Of a DNA stretch of 64,000 nucleotides, positions 33,224 to 45,461 are shown piece by piece. The notes beneath the pieces are model-generated. The model was not told the origin of the DNA and searched no databases. It saw nothing but the letters and a program-made list of their open reading frames with translations. This DNA is from Craspedostauros australis (lineage: Eukaryota): assembly GCA_030167865.1 (NCBI GenBank), contig JALAGF010004599.1, positions 62,001-126,000 of the forward strand, read 5' to 3'. How positions within the stretch are numbered: the stretch's first letter is position 1; each line of letters starts with the position of its first letter. A program made the translations under genes and the position numbers.

Positions 33224-34804
33224 GGTTGCGGTTGCTCTTGCTGTTGGTGATTCTGTTTCTTTTCCCTAATCACGTTCCCGTGTTTTTTCTTTTGCAGCAA
33301 GCTGATCCAGTGCACGCCGCCTTGATGATCCCGTCTCCAGGGATGCGTTGCACGTAGTTTGATACCTCTGCAACGTGCTTTGTCCCACTATCGTAGATCG
33401 TATCGACACTGGTAGAATAGAGAGTACTGTGCCTTATGTATGTACTGTATGTACAGGAATGCCGATGCTGATACTCGCAGAGTGGTTGGACGGAATGGAA
33501 ACGCAACAAGGATACGGGTGTGTGCCATGGGGTATGGTACGATCTATTATGTCATGCACGTCCACAATTCAGAACAGTGTGCCTCCAATGCTGGTGCTGT
33601 GGCACGGACAGGATGCGTTGTGAATGAATGGGATGTTCGATGTTGGTCCTCCTTCTCTCTTTGTGTCGATTCGCGACAGAGCTGCCATCGTTGACCAAGC
33701 CAGCCAACGGAGGGAGATGTTGCTTCTTTGACGGACAAGCAATCGATTGAGTCCAATGGTGACCCACCGACACACACGTATTATAACGTCTATTTACGGC
33801 ATATCATATGTTGAGAAAGAGCCGTTGGCATCGCGCGCCTCAAAATGCTACCAATGGACCTAGACACACCACGCGGGCGTATGAGAGACCAAACAATTGA
33901 TGAGGTGGGGTCGGCTCTTGTTGTAAATACTTCAAATAACGATTCAACCCATACCCCAACAAGGCCTGATTATGTTCCTGTTCTTCTCCTTTTTTCAATC
34001 TCGCAAACAGCTTCCTCACAAAACCAGAGCCCATTGATGGCGCCAACTGAGCCCAACGCAAGAGAAGAAACACACAGCAAAACGGCTTCAAGAAAAGCAT
34101 CCTGATCAGCGTAGGACTCGAGTGGACGCCACATCTACATACGAGCCAGACGATGCGGCTGCGCTTCGACGTCCACTTCGCCTCCATCATTTGTTGCTTG
34201 CATTTATGCGCGCATGTTCCGCGATGCTCAATCTCACACCGTCGAGGAGTTGCCGTCGATCGACCGATTGTGCCTGCTGCACACGCAAGATGTGGGATCT
34301 TTCGTCTACTATATTTATCAAGCAAAGATTCTGAATGCAGACGGTTGTGATCGCAACAAAGGGGATCTCACAACAGGGAAGCAATTCAAGGAGCATTTCA
34401 TCATTGTGATGATCTTTCCATTCCCCGTATTTGTATTCGCATTAGTACTGCGTACTCTCAGTCTGGAAGGATTGATGACGCCTTTTATCACCGATCATAG
34501 GAACGACGAACACTGCCTGCCTCAGGTCATCGTTGCTGCGTCGTCACCGCCATCGTCTCAGCCTTTGACACCAGCATCGCCGTTGCCGCTGTCGCAATCA
34601 CTTGCATCGTTACTGTCATCATATTGGTTTCTGCACGAGATTGTTACCGTTTTGGATGATTGTGTGGCTTTTCGGCTGGGTTGCAGAAACAGAAGCGAAT
34701 TCGTTCGGTGACGGTTTTCGGTTGTTGTTTGGACGCCACGACTCGCAGACACGAGTTGCGATTGCGTCTTTGAAGAAATCTTGTTGGCGTGGAAAGTGCA
34801 ACCT

Positions 34805-34850
34805 TGATGACGTCATCATTTCGTACTCGTATCGCGGATGGGCCAATCAG
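34805..34850. promoter_or_regulatory. Putative bZIP (TGACGTCA) palindrome plus CCAAT box in the divergent SEC3 / thylakoid-protein intergenic region
   Basis: 14-bp perfect palindrome TGATGACGTCATCA at 34805-34818 and GGCCAATCAG at 34841-34850. Function is inferred only. Confidence 0.35.
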
Positions 34851-35526
34851 AGCGACTGAAATCGGATGTCGTCAAACATGATTGGATCAAGCGTGAATTG
34901 GAACTGGCACTCGTGTTGGTTTCGGCCAAGAAGCCGAGCCATCACAACCACAAAATCAAACCAAAGGTGAGACATCTGCGAAAACGTGTTCTGAGACATG
35001 AAGCACGCGGCCAAAACGTGCACAACATCACGAAACATCGTGAAGTTGAAACGGCCAAGCGCCAGGAACAACACTCCGACAGGTCGCAGCGGACGAGAAT
35101 AAGTTTTGTATTTAACGAGTGGGTTCGGTTGCGACGCAGCTGTTGTCCAATTGTCTGTAAGATCGTCATTGGCGCACCCACGCGCACTCCGAAACACTCG
35201 ATTACTTTGGGCTTCATCGCGACGCAGATGCCAAAATGAGTGACGTTCGGACAAGGAAGCAGACTGACGGCTGCGAAGGGCTCCGCACGGTTGATTTGAT
35301 GGATTGGAAGACTTTCCTCGTACGACTTCTCAACGACCTGCTTTGTGTCTCACCGCTTGCTCCTCTCCCTCCTTCTCTCGCTTTCGTCTCTCTGTCATGG
35401 CGTTGGTTGCGAACCTGGCGATGTTGCTTCCATCCCCAGCCTCCTCGGCCACACCATTCGCAAACACAATCACAATTCACGCGTCAGCCAATCCACCAAA
35501 TACCCAACCAAACACCCTATCCCACC

Positions 35527-35844
35527 ATGAAGTCCTTCCAAGTCATCCTCCTCGCCGTCGTCGTTGCTTGCGCAACCGCCTTCGCCCCAACCCAGTCCCG
35601 ACCAGCCTTCACATCCCTGGCCGCCAGCAAGCTCCCAGAGCAGCCAGCTGCCGTCCCAGAGATGAAGGACAACAAGGCCGCCATGGCCGCCTTCGCCACC
35701 GCCATGGCCCCATTCGCTGCCCAGGCCGCTGAGGGTGCCGTCGACGAGGCCACCGTCATCGGATACGGAGCCGGACTTGTCGCATGCGTTGTCTCCCTCG
35801 CCGTTGGATTCTCCATCGGATACGGAACCCTCGTCAAGCCATAA
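35527..35844 (+). CDS. Small single-TM thylakoid membrane protein precursor (105 aa) of unknown identity
   Basis: Signal peptide ending ATA-FAP (diatom plastid motif), transit peptide, second hydrophobic thylakoid-transfer domain ending AQA, and a ~38-aa mature peptide with one TM. Strongly C-ending codon usage typical of highly expressed genes. Confidence 0.85.
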   Translation: MKSFQVILLAVVVACATAFAPTQSRPAFTSLAASKLPEQPAAVPEMKDNKAAMAAFATAMAPFAAQAAEGAVDEATVIGYGAGLVACVVSLAVGFSIGYGTLVKP

Positions 35845-37202
35845 ATTGGCCCTCGACAAGCAACATCCACGATGACCCAGCTACGACGAGTGTCACAAGC
35901 AGCGGTTGTGACTGCGCATACTGACACTTGCACAACACACACAGACAAACACAACACGGCACACAAACGACAGCAGCAGACTTCCCTACACAAGATGCCT
36001 GCTCGATCAATCACACCCGAGTGCAACCATCCGACTGTCGGGTTTGATCAACAGGGGAACATGGCACCATGCTCTCATTGCACTGGCCTCATGAGGATAG
36101 CGGTACACAGAAACAGACTACCACATACACTAGCAATAACATAGAGCATTCATGATCTGGCCACTCAACCCATCTTACCGCCCCAAACGTATTAGAGATA
36201 TAGTGCAGCTCTGTGACTGTCGTTGTTCAGGAGTCTAGCGGAGTGACAGGACACATCACACCACAAGGATGCTTCTCGACGAGCAGCTCCAGAATGCGAG
36301 CCGAACACATCAGAAATCAGAGATCGAATGGAGATTCATCTTGGATCGCATGTGCTGATACGGATGTGGATACGGATACAGATACGGATACGGCAGCGTA
36401 GTGGTACTCGTGCGACTTGGTGCCGCCGACTGCGCTCGAACTTTGCTTGTTGGTGGATGCATAGTATGGACAGTCAGAGTTCGAGTACCCGCACAAGTAC
36501 GTTTTCTTGTTGAAACGTCAACATCAACCACAAATGCGGACGTCACCAGATGGATTCTAAACGAAAAAACGAATCGTTTCTGGTAAGAGATCAGAAGATA
36601 GATAGAGAGAGAGTGTCATGTAATACGAGGAGGTATCATCGGTCTTGCACTGCCAAGGCAGAGCAGAGCGGAGTATCAGGTTACTCCACTCAAGGGGCTA
36701 CCGTGCTTCAGTATGCTCCCTCTAAAGAGTCGAGTTGATGCTACGGCATTGCCCTTCGATTGCTCGGAAGAACTGCGAGTAAATCCACGGCTCCTCGTCC
36801 AATCTTGCAGCCTCGGTCAGCTGTCTGATACACCCCTCTTCCAACACTGCAGTCTTTGCTGTCTCATCCTACGACCATGAGTATTACTATGCTATGCTAT
36901 GCTATGCGACTTGGTGGTACGAGTACTGATGTTTGGCACAACTGTACGCGTACCGCATCTAAGTTTATCCAAAACCCTCCTTTACGAGGCACAGTGATTG
37001 CCGCGTGAAGTGGTGGAGCAGGTGGTACCCCGTTCAGCACCGGAGGCAAAAGTCATTGCAGCTCGTGCTGATGCTGCAAAAGCGCTCAACAGCAATCACC
37101 AGGGCAGGCAGGCACGCATTCGTTACTTCATCCCTTCATCATCAATGAACGCAACAAACGTGATTGCCATGCCATGCCCTGCCATAATTGTAGCCAGCCA
37201 CT

Positions 37203-39380
37203 TCAGCCTCTCTCTTTGATGTCCCACACGATGGAATACCCGGCCTCGATGAGGCTGTTGCGGACCTTCTCGCGATGCTCGCTGCCTTGCAGTTCGACGA
37301 CGCACTTGACCTGCACCTGATCGACAGAAGTGTGCAACCAAGCACGTTCGTGATAGATATCCTTGATGCTGGCACCGTTCTTGCTGAGCAGGTCCGTGAG
37401 ACGAGAGATGCCGCCTGGTCTGTCGGAGACTGTGGCGTAGAAGTTGCACAGGCGGTTGTCGGCGGCCAAACCGCGGTCGATGACACGGCCCAGCACGGTG
37501 GTGTCGATGTTACCGCCGCACAAGGGAACCACGATGTTCTTTCCCTTCAGGTCCGGACGATCCAGTTTGGCACCTGGCAACAGGGCGGCGAGGCCTGATG
37601 CGCCGCCTCCTTCGACCACCATCTTCTCATTCTCGATCAACCGCAGCACTGCGAGGGAGATCTGCTTCTCAGTCACCAGCACGCATTCATCGACATAGTT
37701 CTTTGCGACTTCGAATGCGTGAGGTCCCACGACGGGGACGGCCAAGCCATCCGCCAACGTATTCTGCACTGGTGCTGGCACAGGCTCTCCGGCCTTCAGT
37801 GCTGCTGAGTAGGATGCACAGAATTCAGGCTCAACTCCAATGACCTGCCGTTGTCGTTGTTGTTGTCGTTATCGTCACAGTTTTCATTGAGTGATTGTAA
37901 GGAACCAGCGCAGTTCAATGAAGTGATGGACGAAGGAAAGAACGGAACAGAGCAGAGTTGATCGAATTGCAAGGTCAGCAAAAACGGATGAAGTAGAGTC
38001 AAGTATGGTGATGAAATGGTAACACATTGTTTGGCATCAACAACATCGTTCGTGCCATGCACAGCACAACACTTTCGTTGTCGTACCTTGGTGTCCTTCT
38101 TGAGAGTCTTAACCGCGCATGCCACACCGGCAATCAGCCCCGCACCGCCGACGGGCACGACGACTGCGTCGACTTCTGGAACATCCTCAATGATCTATTA
38201 TACGTGGAATGATTGACAGGCAGCATGAGAGAAGAAGTGTGATTGCGGTGTGAGTACGATTTGCGTGGTTGAATAAACGAGAGGCGCGAGAATGAGATCT
38301 TCATCTTCATCCCAAAAGTCATCTCCAAACACTATTAGGTTCTGTCGAACCAACCGACATTGCTGTACTCACCTCGCATCCGATTGTTCCAGCGCCTGCG
38401 ATGATCGGCGGATCATTGTACCCATTGATGTAAGTCAAATTTTCCTTCTCAACCAATGTCTCGGCGTACTCCTTGGCTTCCAGGATGTGTGCTCCCTCAA
38501 TAATGACCTTGGCTCCAAATCTCTATCGTTTTCGGATGACAGATGATGGTAAGGATGAAAACATAGTAATAAGAATAAGGTAAGAAACGTAACTTGATGG
38601 ACCACAGATGGCAAGCGAACAGCCGATAAAACAAACACCATTGCAGTGTTCAAATGCAATGTTCATATTGGAACACACTGACAATCACGACCTTCCTCGT
38701 CTCTTCCTGCGCATCCACACATTGATCTGATCTGATCTGATCACATCACACCTTCGACATACCCTGCATTTATCGACCTTGGCCAACGGCGCCACGACCG
38801 GCATGACGACCGTAACAGGCACGCCCAGCTCCTTGCCATGGTACGCCAGCGCCAGCGCGTGATTTCCCGCGGAGGCGGCGATGACGCCCGTCAGGCTGGA
38901 TCCCTTCTCGTTCATGAGCTGGATGATGGCATTGCGAGCGCCGCGTTCCTTGAAGGATCCCGTGAATTGGCGGAACTCTGGCTTGAGGTAGATGTTGGCG
39001 CCAATGAGCTCTGAAAGGAAGAACGACTTCCTGCACTCCGTCCGCACGATTCCATCGCGGATGGCGACCTTTGCTCGGGAGATGTCGCTGAAGTTGACCG
39101 GGAGCTCCTCCAGCGGTCGTTCAGTTCTGCCAACAATCGGTCGGCTCGATGGCGCGGCCGCAGTTGATTTGGATTTTGATGATGGCGATGATGCCTTTGA
39201 ATCCTTCGCACTGTCTTTGGCAACAACCACATCGTCCTTTGATGTGTCGGCGACGGCTGAAGCGTGTCTATGGGAGCCGTACACCGAATATCTCGGCGGA
39301 ATCCTCGACTTGGATGGCGCCAATCTCAGCGATCGCGAGGCGTTCAGAGTTGCATGCTTCAATCTTGCTCCCAACATCAT
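37203..39380 (-). CDS. ilvA: Threonine dehydratase (PLP-dependent, C-terminal ACT domain), probable mitochondrial presequence, ~505 aa
   Basis: Exons 38763-39380, 38373-38522, 38087-38194 and 37203-37844. PLP lysine motif EFRQFTGSFKERGA, AASAGNHA, IAGAGTIG, VPVGGAGLIAG, TLADGLAV, LCGGNID and ACT motif SDRPGG. Arg/Ser-rich N-terminus. Confidence 0.95.
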
Positions 39381-40186
39381 CGTGGATCTGATTGTGCAGC
39401 GTGTTTAATGTGATTGTTGTCGACCGATGTCTGTGTACCATTCAAGCGTGGTGCTCACGATTTTGGTTGTTGTTCTGGGTGTGCAGAAATTCCGTCAAGT
39501 ATTTGTGCTTGTGGCTACACCTCAACCTTCTGAGATCTTGTTGTCGTTGTTGTGGGCCTCGTTTCTGTGTTTGTGTTGATGTCATCCCAAGCACAGGATT
39601 CCGAAAAAAGGTTGAACAACAAAACTGAGTTGTCTCTTGTGCGTTGACAGGTGACGTCACTTTGAGGAAAACGATGTCGGAATCGTAGGAGTTGGTGTGA
39701 ATTATATATTATACTATAAATATGTGCACATCTCATGAAAAAGGCATAGTCAACACGTTCCATCGTATTCTCGCACCCACCCAGGAGTAAATTAGGGATA
39801 TTAAATACTATACCGTGTATGTTAAATCAGTCGTGACGTTGGGTGTTCGCATTCTCGACTTGACGTCACAGAACACAGAACTTCTCTTCTCGAGGTACCT
39901 ATCGATCGTGATACAGTAAGTGTAGTATCCTTGTTCCGAGTCTCCAGATTCAGTCCCGATTCACTTTCCTCATTCATTTGCTTCCATCATCTCCTTTCTT
40001 GCCATTTCGTGGATGGATGCGCTTCCTTCCCGGATCCTCGTACTGTACGTACAAATGTACCCACTCCATGGCGCTGTCTGTCTCTGTCTTTCTCTATTCA
40101 CTCCGCAGAGTATGATTGATGATCTATATTACGCTCTCGAGAATACTCTAGAGTGCTTACTTCGCTCAACTCTGCTCTGCTCAGCT

Positions 40187-42065
40187 CTACTCGTACTGGC
40201 CCATGGCGATGACGTCGTCGATCTTGAGGATCATCTTGACGACCTGCGCCGCGAGCTGGAGCTGCTGCTGCTTTCCAATGAGGGTCTCGAAGACACCCAC
40301 ATTTCTCATGTCCGTGGAATGGTACTTGCCGCCAGTGTTGCTCTCCATTTCCTTGGTATCGCCTGACGACATGAGCAATCCCAAGCCGATGTACGGGTTG
40401 TCCTCCTTCACCTGTTGCGACTTCATCGCGGCGACCTCCTCGATGGGTGACAGACCGGCATTCTCCGCGAGGGCCATCGGGATGTCCTCCAGCGCGTTGG
40501 CAAACGCCTTGATGGCGTACTGGTCGACGCCCGTGACAGAGTCAGCGTGCTTGCTGACGGCAAGGGAGCAGGAGACCTCGGCGGAGCCTCCACCGTACAC
40601 GACGCGGTTGTCCTTGATCAAGTTACGGACGACGCACATGGAGTCGTGCAGCGATCGCTTGGCCTCCTCGACGATCATCTGATTGCCTCCGCGGACCAAG
40701 ACCGTGACTGCGTTGGTGTTCTTGCAGTCCTCCAGCACGAGAATGCGATCCTGCCGTCTCGAGTTGTTGGTGCCCAGGGAGATCTGCTTCACCTTCCCTG
40801 CCGTGCCCAGCTTGTCCGCCGAAAGTTCCTCCACTCTGGCGACGATTCTGCCGCCAGTTGCGATGGCGACATGCTCGATCTCCACTCCGCCGACCCAACG
40901 CACGGCTGGCAGATTCTGCTGCAGCAGGAGGTAGTTGGCCTCGTCGTCGAATCCCCACTGGCAGATGACGAGGTTGGAGCCGCTGTCCTTGATCTTCTTG
41001 ATCATGTCGCGGAAGTAATCCTGCTCCTGCTTGTGCAACTTCTCGTACGCCTCGACAGATGAAATCTCCAGCTTGTGCTTGGTCTTTGGCTTCGGTGGTT
41101 CCAGCGGGCACGTGAGGATGCAGAGCTTGGCATCTTCCACGATTGCTGGCATCTGCGGATGCGAGAACTCCTTGTCCAGGACGATGCCGCTGACGAGCTG
41201 CGTGTCCTCGAGGGAGCCGCCGGTCTTGGATTCCAGACGGATCATATCGAAGTTGACATCATGGTGTTCCAGATCCGCCACCTTCATGACGGCGTCGACC
41301 GCGATCTTCCCCATGCGCTCCTTGTGCGGTTGCAGGATCTTGCTGTTCAAAGTCGTGCGCGCTGTCTTCAGTAGCGGCTCGAGGTTGTCCTTTGTGAACT
41401 CCACGCGATCCGCGATCTTGCCCAGATGGTCGATGGCAACCTGGGCGGCTGTCTCGAAACCGCGTGCGATGCGTACGGGGTGGATTCCCTTTTCGAGCAG
41501 AGACTCCGCCTGCTCGAGCAAGGCACCGGCCAGCACAACGACGCCGGTGGTTCCATCGCCGATCTCGTCATCCTGCGATGCACTGAGCTCCACCATGAGC
41601 TTGGCGACCTGGTGGTGGATCTCCATCTGCCCCATGATCGTCGCCCCGTCGTTGGTGATGGTGACATCGCCGTCTGGGCTGATCATGAGCTTGTCCATGC
41701 CCTTGGGACCCAGCGAAGTTCGCAGGATGTTGGAGATGGAACGCGCCGCCAGAATGTTCGATTTAGTGGCATCGATGCCCTTGATGCGGGCCTTGGCCTG
41801 CTGCTCCTTCAGGATGATGAAGGGCCGACCGTATTCATCTGCACGTCCAGCACAGCACAGCACGACACAACAAGGGTGATGGCGAAGGGAAAGGCGGTTG
41901 CGTGATATGATGTGATAGGTGAGAACTTCGAAGCATTGCAGGAAAAGGTGTGGACCACCGGTGACGGCAACTGCCATGCAGATGAGCACAAACCCAAGGC
42001 AAGCACAAACACACAATCCCGAAACTCGCAATGCATCGCTTGTTCTTACCGTATACCATGGACAT
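40187..42065 (-). CDS. CCT5: T-complex protein 1 subunit epsilon (CCT5), ~555 aa
   Basis: Exons 42050-42065 and 40187-41838 give [15 protein letters not shown]. Motifs [46 protein letters not shown] and MILKIDD. Confidence 0.97.
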
Positions 42066-42784
42066 GTTGGGATAGGTTTGGTGGATCTCTTCGCGATGTC
42101 ACTTTTGGTGCTGGTGCAGGTGGTCAGTCTCTGATCGTGCGATTGGCGACGTTCTGTCTTGGCTCTCCGTTTGGGTTCGAGAACTGCCAAAGATGTGTGG
42201 GTCGAGGGTTTGCAACATGCTCTCACTCGCTCACACACCACCACGCAGAGCATCGCATTGGGTCGTTGTCGTTGATCCGCAACTTTTCCAAACCGACTTG
42301 TCTTTCTTTTGGAAGCGCTGGGGCGTGTTGGTCCGTTCGTCTGTCCCTCCACGAACCCTCACGATTTCTCCTTGTTTCTACCCGCAGAAACGTAGAGCGG
42401 CATGAGTGTAGTCGCGGCAGTTCGACTCTGTTCTGCTCTACTCTACTCGTCTCCATTCTCTTCTTGTGAGGATACTCACAATCGAATATAATATTATAAT
42501 ATAACATAATATAATAGATGACTACTACTATGAAACACGTGATACCAGCTACTCTCTAGAGAGAATAGTTCGCCAGGGCATAGTGCCCTATCGCAGAGTA
42601 TTCCAAACGGCTCTCAGATACCTCACGGTGAGCGTTAACCAGCACGACCTAAGAGATCTATTGTTTGTACTCGTACATATTCGTATGTCTGGCTGTGAGC
42701 TGATCTTCGGTCGTCTACTCTGCCATCTAGTGCAACTTGAGTTCCTCTCAATCTCTCTCATTCACTCAGTCACTCACTCACTCT

Positions 42785-44674
42785 CTAGTCCTTGATCTTG
42801 CTCATCGCTCCTTCTACCTGACCGATCAGCTTGAGGACGGTGCGCTCGGCGTAGATCTCCGATCGGATGTTGCTCTTCAGCTTCGCGAATAGCTCGTCGA
42901 TCCTTTCTGATTGACCGCGGATGCTGCTGTAGATATTGAGAAGCTCATGGACGACGCCGATCAAGACGGGGGTGAATTCCGGCTTGTTGATGCATCGCGT
43001 GACGAAGGAAAGCAATGGCTCGAGGGATCCCTCGTCGCGGTTGGACAGTGCCTTCGTCAGACCCTGTCTCCGTCCGATCTCCTCCAGCACGCCGATCACC
43101 TCCCTGGTCTTGCGCGATGCGAGAACCCGGTCGAGCGCGACACCGTAGCGGAACTCCTTCATGGCCCTATCGTAGCCTTGCAGCTTCGGGCTTGCTTTCT
43201 TCTTGGCCACGATATAGTCGTCCTCGTTGGCCTCCGCGTTCATACCTCTCTGTAGGTACGAGTACGTGCCGGCCGTCGGTTCGCGGCGTCGTTTGCGTCG
43301 GGATTCGACGGGTCCGCGAACGTTCACGTGGACGGAACCGTCGGTTGTTCCAACGGCTATCCTGTCGCCACCTTCATCCATGGCGACTGCGGTGATCGCG
43401 CCTTGCATCTTAGTGGTGTACAGGTGCTCGATCTTCCCCGTCATGGCATCCCACGAGTGGAACTGCAGGGTGGCATCCAACGAGGAGCTCAAGATGCGCC
43501 ACGACGTGCTGGCCTCCATCGTGTCACCGTCATAGTCCTTCCTCAGCACCGATGAGAGCGTCGTGATGGTCTTTCTGTGCTGCGTGGCGATTGTCTGCAC
43601 GCACTTGGACGACACCGGGTTCCACACCTTGATGGTCGTTCCGCCAGCCGAGATGACCCAGAACGGAACACCTTCAGCCTCCGATTTCATCAGGATGACG
43701 GCTTCGACAGGCGAACCGTGATCGAAAACTGCGAGGCATCTGTCGGAAGATGCGCTGGATGGCCGCTGAGGAGCACTACCGCCGACGCTGCCACTGAGGG
43801 CGATGTTCCACATGCGGATGGTATGGTCGTAGCTGCCCGTGAAGGCCAGCTCCTTCCACCACGACGACGAAGGAGGAGACCCTGCTGCCACACCTGTTTT
43901 CTTCTTCTTCGTCGTCGTCGTCGCCAGCGGTTCCTGCCAAATGGCAGCACAGCGAATGGCATCGCCGTGCCCCACCAACGCCAACTGCGCCTTCGTCTTG
44001 ATGGTGCTTCCAGTGTTCCACAATCTGCCGATTCCATCATCACTGCCCGTGAACACATCCTGCCCGCTGCGAAGCCAGCACACGCAGCGTGTTGGCAATC
44101 GGCTGGTAGTGGCGAACGTGGTGAGCGTCGCTCTCATCGTGACGTCGCAGATCCTGAGCTCTCCATTGTCCGTGCCGACTGCCATCAACCGACCGTCGCT
44201 TCGAAAGGCACCGCACGTGGCCAGATTGCCTCCCACCTGCACCTGCCTCTCCGGGTTGACCGCTCGCAAGTCGGCCTTTGCCTTCACCGTCTTCATCGCC
44301 TGTCGCGACAGGGCGCGGGAGAACTCGGACTGGGGATTCGTTCCGTACAATCCCACGCGCGGACCGCTGAGGACGGCGAGCGTTGGCGACTTGGACAGGG
44401 CGGGTGGTCCGAAGATGACCTGCTGCACCAAGGTCGACCCCTTCGTCTTGAGCTGGACCTTCCTGGAGTGGGCGAACTTGGGCTTGGCGCTGCCGTACTT
44501 CTGAAAGTCTCCCAGGCCCAACTTCTGAGTCCAGTACCGCCCCTCGTTGATATTGGGCGTCCCATCGATGCTGCGGATGACGGAGCTGACGGTGTAACGT
44601 TTCGTCTGCAGCGCCTGGCTGGTCTTGAACGCCATGATGGTGCCATTGCCGCTGGTTTCCACTGACGCAGACAT
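42785..44674 (-). CDS. UTP15: U3 snoRNA-associated protein 15 (WD40 + UTP15 C-terminal domain)
   Basis: FRSDGRLMAVG, TGSYDHTIRMW, DHGSPVEAV, SAGGTTIKVW and HRKTITTL WD40 motifs. C-terminal GTYSYLQRG, FRYGVALD and ALSNRDEGSLEPLLSF. Confidence 0.92.
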   Translation of the reverse strand: MSASVETSGNGTIMAFKTSQALQTKRYTVSSVIRSIDGTPNINEGRYWTQKLGLGDFQKYGSAKPKFAHSRKVQLKTKGSTLVQQVIFGPPALSKSPTLAVLSGPRVGLYGTNPQSEFSRALSRQAMKTVKAKADLRAVNPERQVQVGGNLATCGAFRSDGRLMAVGTDNGELRICDVTMRATLTTFATTSRLPTRCVCWLRSGQDVFTGSDDGIGRLWNTGSTIKTKAQLALVGHGDAIRCAAIWQEPLATTTTKKKKTGVAAGSPPSSSWWKELAFTGSYDHTIRMWNIALSGSVGGSAPQRPSSASSDRCLAVFDHGSPVEAVILMKSEAEGVPFWVISAGGTTIKVWNPVSSKCVQTIATQHRKTITTLSSVLRKDYDGDTMEASTSWRILSSSLDATLQFHSWDAMTGKIEHLYTTKMQGAITAVAMDEGGDRIAVGTTDGSVHVNVRGPVESRRKRRREPTAGTYSYLQRGMNAEANEDDYIVAKKKASPKLQGYDRAMKEFRYGVALDRVLASRKTREVIGVLEEIGRRQGLTKALSNRDEGSLEPLLSFVTRCINKPEFTPVLIGVVHELLNIYSSIRGQSERIDELFAKLKSNIRSEIYAERTVLKLIGQVEGAMSKIKD

Positions 44675-45461
44675 GATGATTGGAGTATCCGTAGCTGTGC
44701 CTGTAGCTGTGCCTGTAGCTGTACCGGTAGAGTGCTGGTATTCCTTCGACTCTCTGGAGAGCAGGGTGGTCTGTTGGAGTACTGTGGGAGTGTCTACGGC
44801 GATGTTTCCGAAGATGATAGATTTGTCAATGCGATTTCTGGTCCTGATGTGGGCAGCTACCTCCTTGCTTCGTTGGAGTGTGGGTTGTTGTTGGTATCGT
44901 CATCTCCATCATCTCCATCTTCGTCATCGTCGTCATCTCAGTGTTCTTGTTGGTGTTGGCGTGAGTGTCGGCGTTGTTTTCTTGATGGCCTGGCTTGTTT
45001 GCCTCACGACTTTGCTTTTTGCGAGAAATCTGTTGGTCTGGAAAAGTCTAGGAAGCACACTGGCCTAATAATGATAAATATATGTCAGCAACAACTTTGA
45101 CTCGCACGACCAAAAGATCCAATCGAACATGAAAGACCATGGCAGAAAAAGCCAAACCAAATCCAAAACACACGACGACAACGATGGCGACAACACTGCC
45201 GAAAGAGACACGGACAGAACACACCCCAACGAGTTGCCACTTCCTTCTCTTCTCTGTCGTGTTGTGCTGTGCCGAAACAAACAACCAACCGAACAGACAA
45301 CACACTGTTGTTTCTCGGATCGACCACAACAAACGCAACGCTATTCCATTCTACTGCATCAGGAGCATCTCTCTGCGGGAAGACAAAGAGAGACAAAGAG
45401 AGAGAGAGTGTGTGTGTCACGAGCAACGCCAGAAGCAAGAGAAAGCACTATCACGATCGCG

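Noticed and set aside
33300-35230. Short ORFs in the SEC3 / thylakoid-protein gap (33840-34325, 34214-34711, 34838-35239)
   Set aside because: They lack the coding codon bias seen in real genes here and show no motifs. Treated as intergenic.
36355-36395. (GATACG)n-like hexamer run and other simple repeats ((GA)n at ~2160 and ~21080; (GTAGCTGTGCCT)n at ~44690)
   Set aside because: Ordinary slippage microsatellites, abundant throughout the non-coding DNA, with nothing pointing to function.
42066-42352. Long N-terminal extension of CCT5 in the ORF track (similar extensions for silicanin B 15729-16037, kinesin 2473-2529 and the thylakoid protein 35236-35526)
   Set aside because: Artefacts of non-ATG starts or read-through of intron and UTR. 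Splice signals and conserved N-termini give shorter models.
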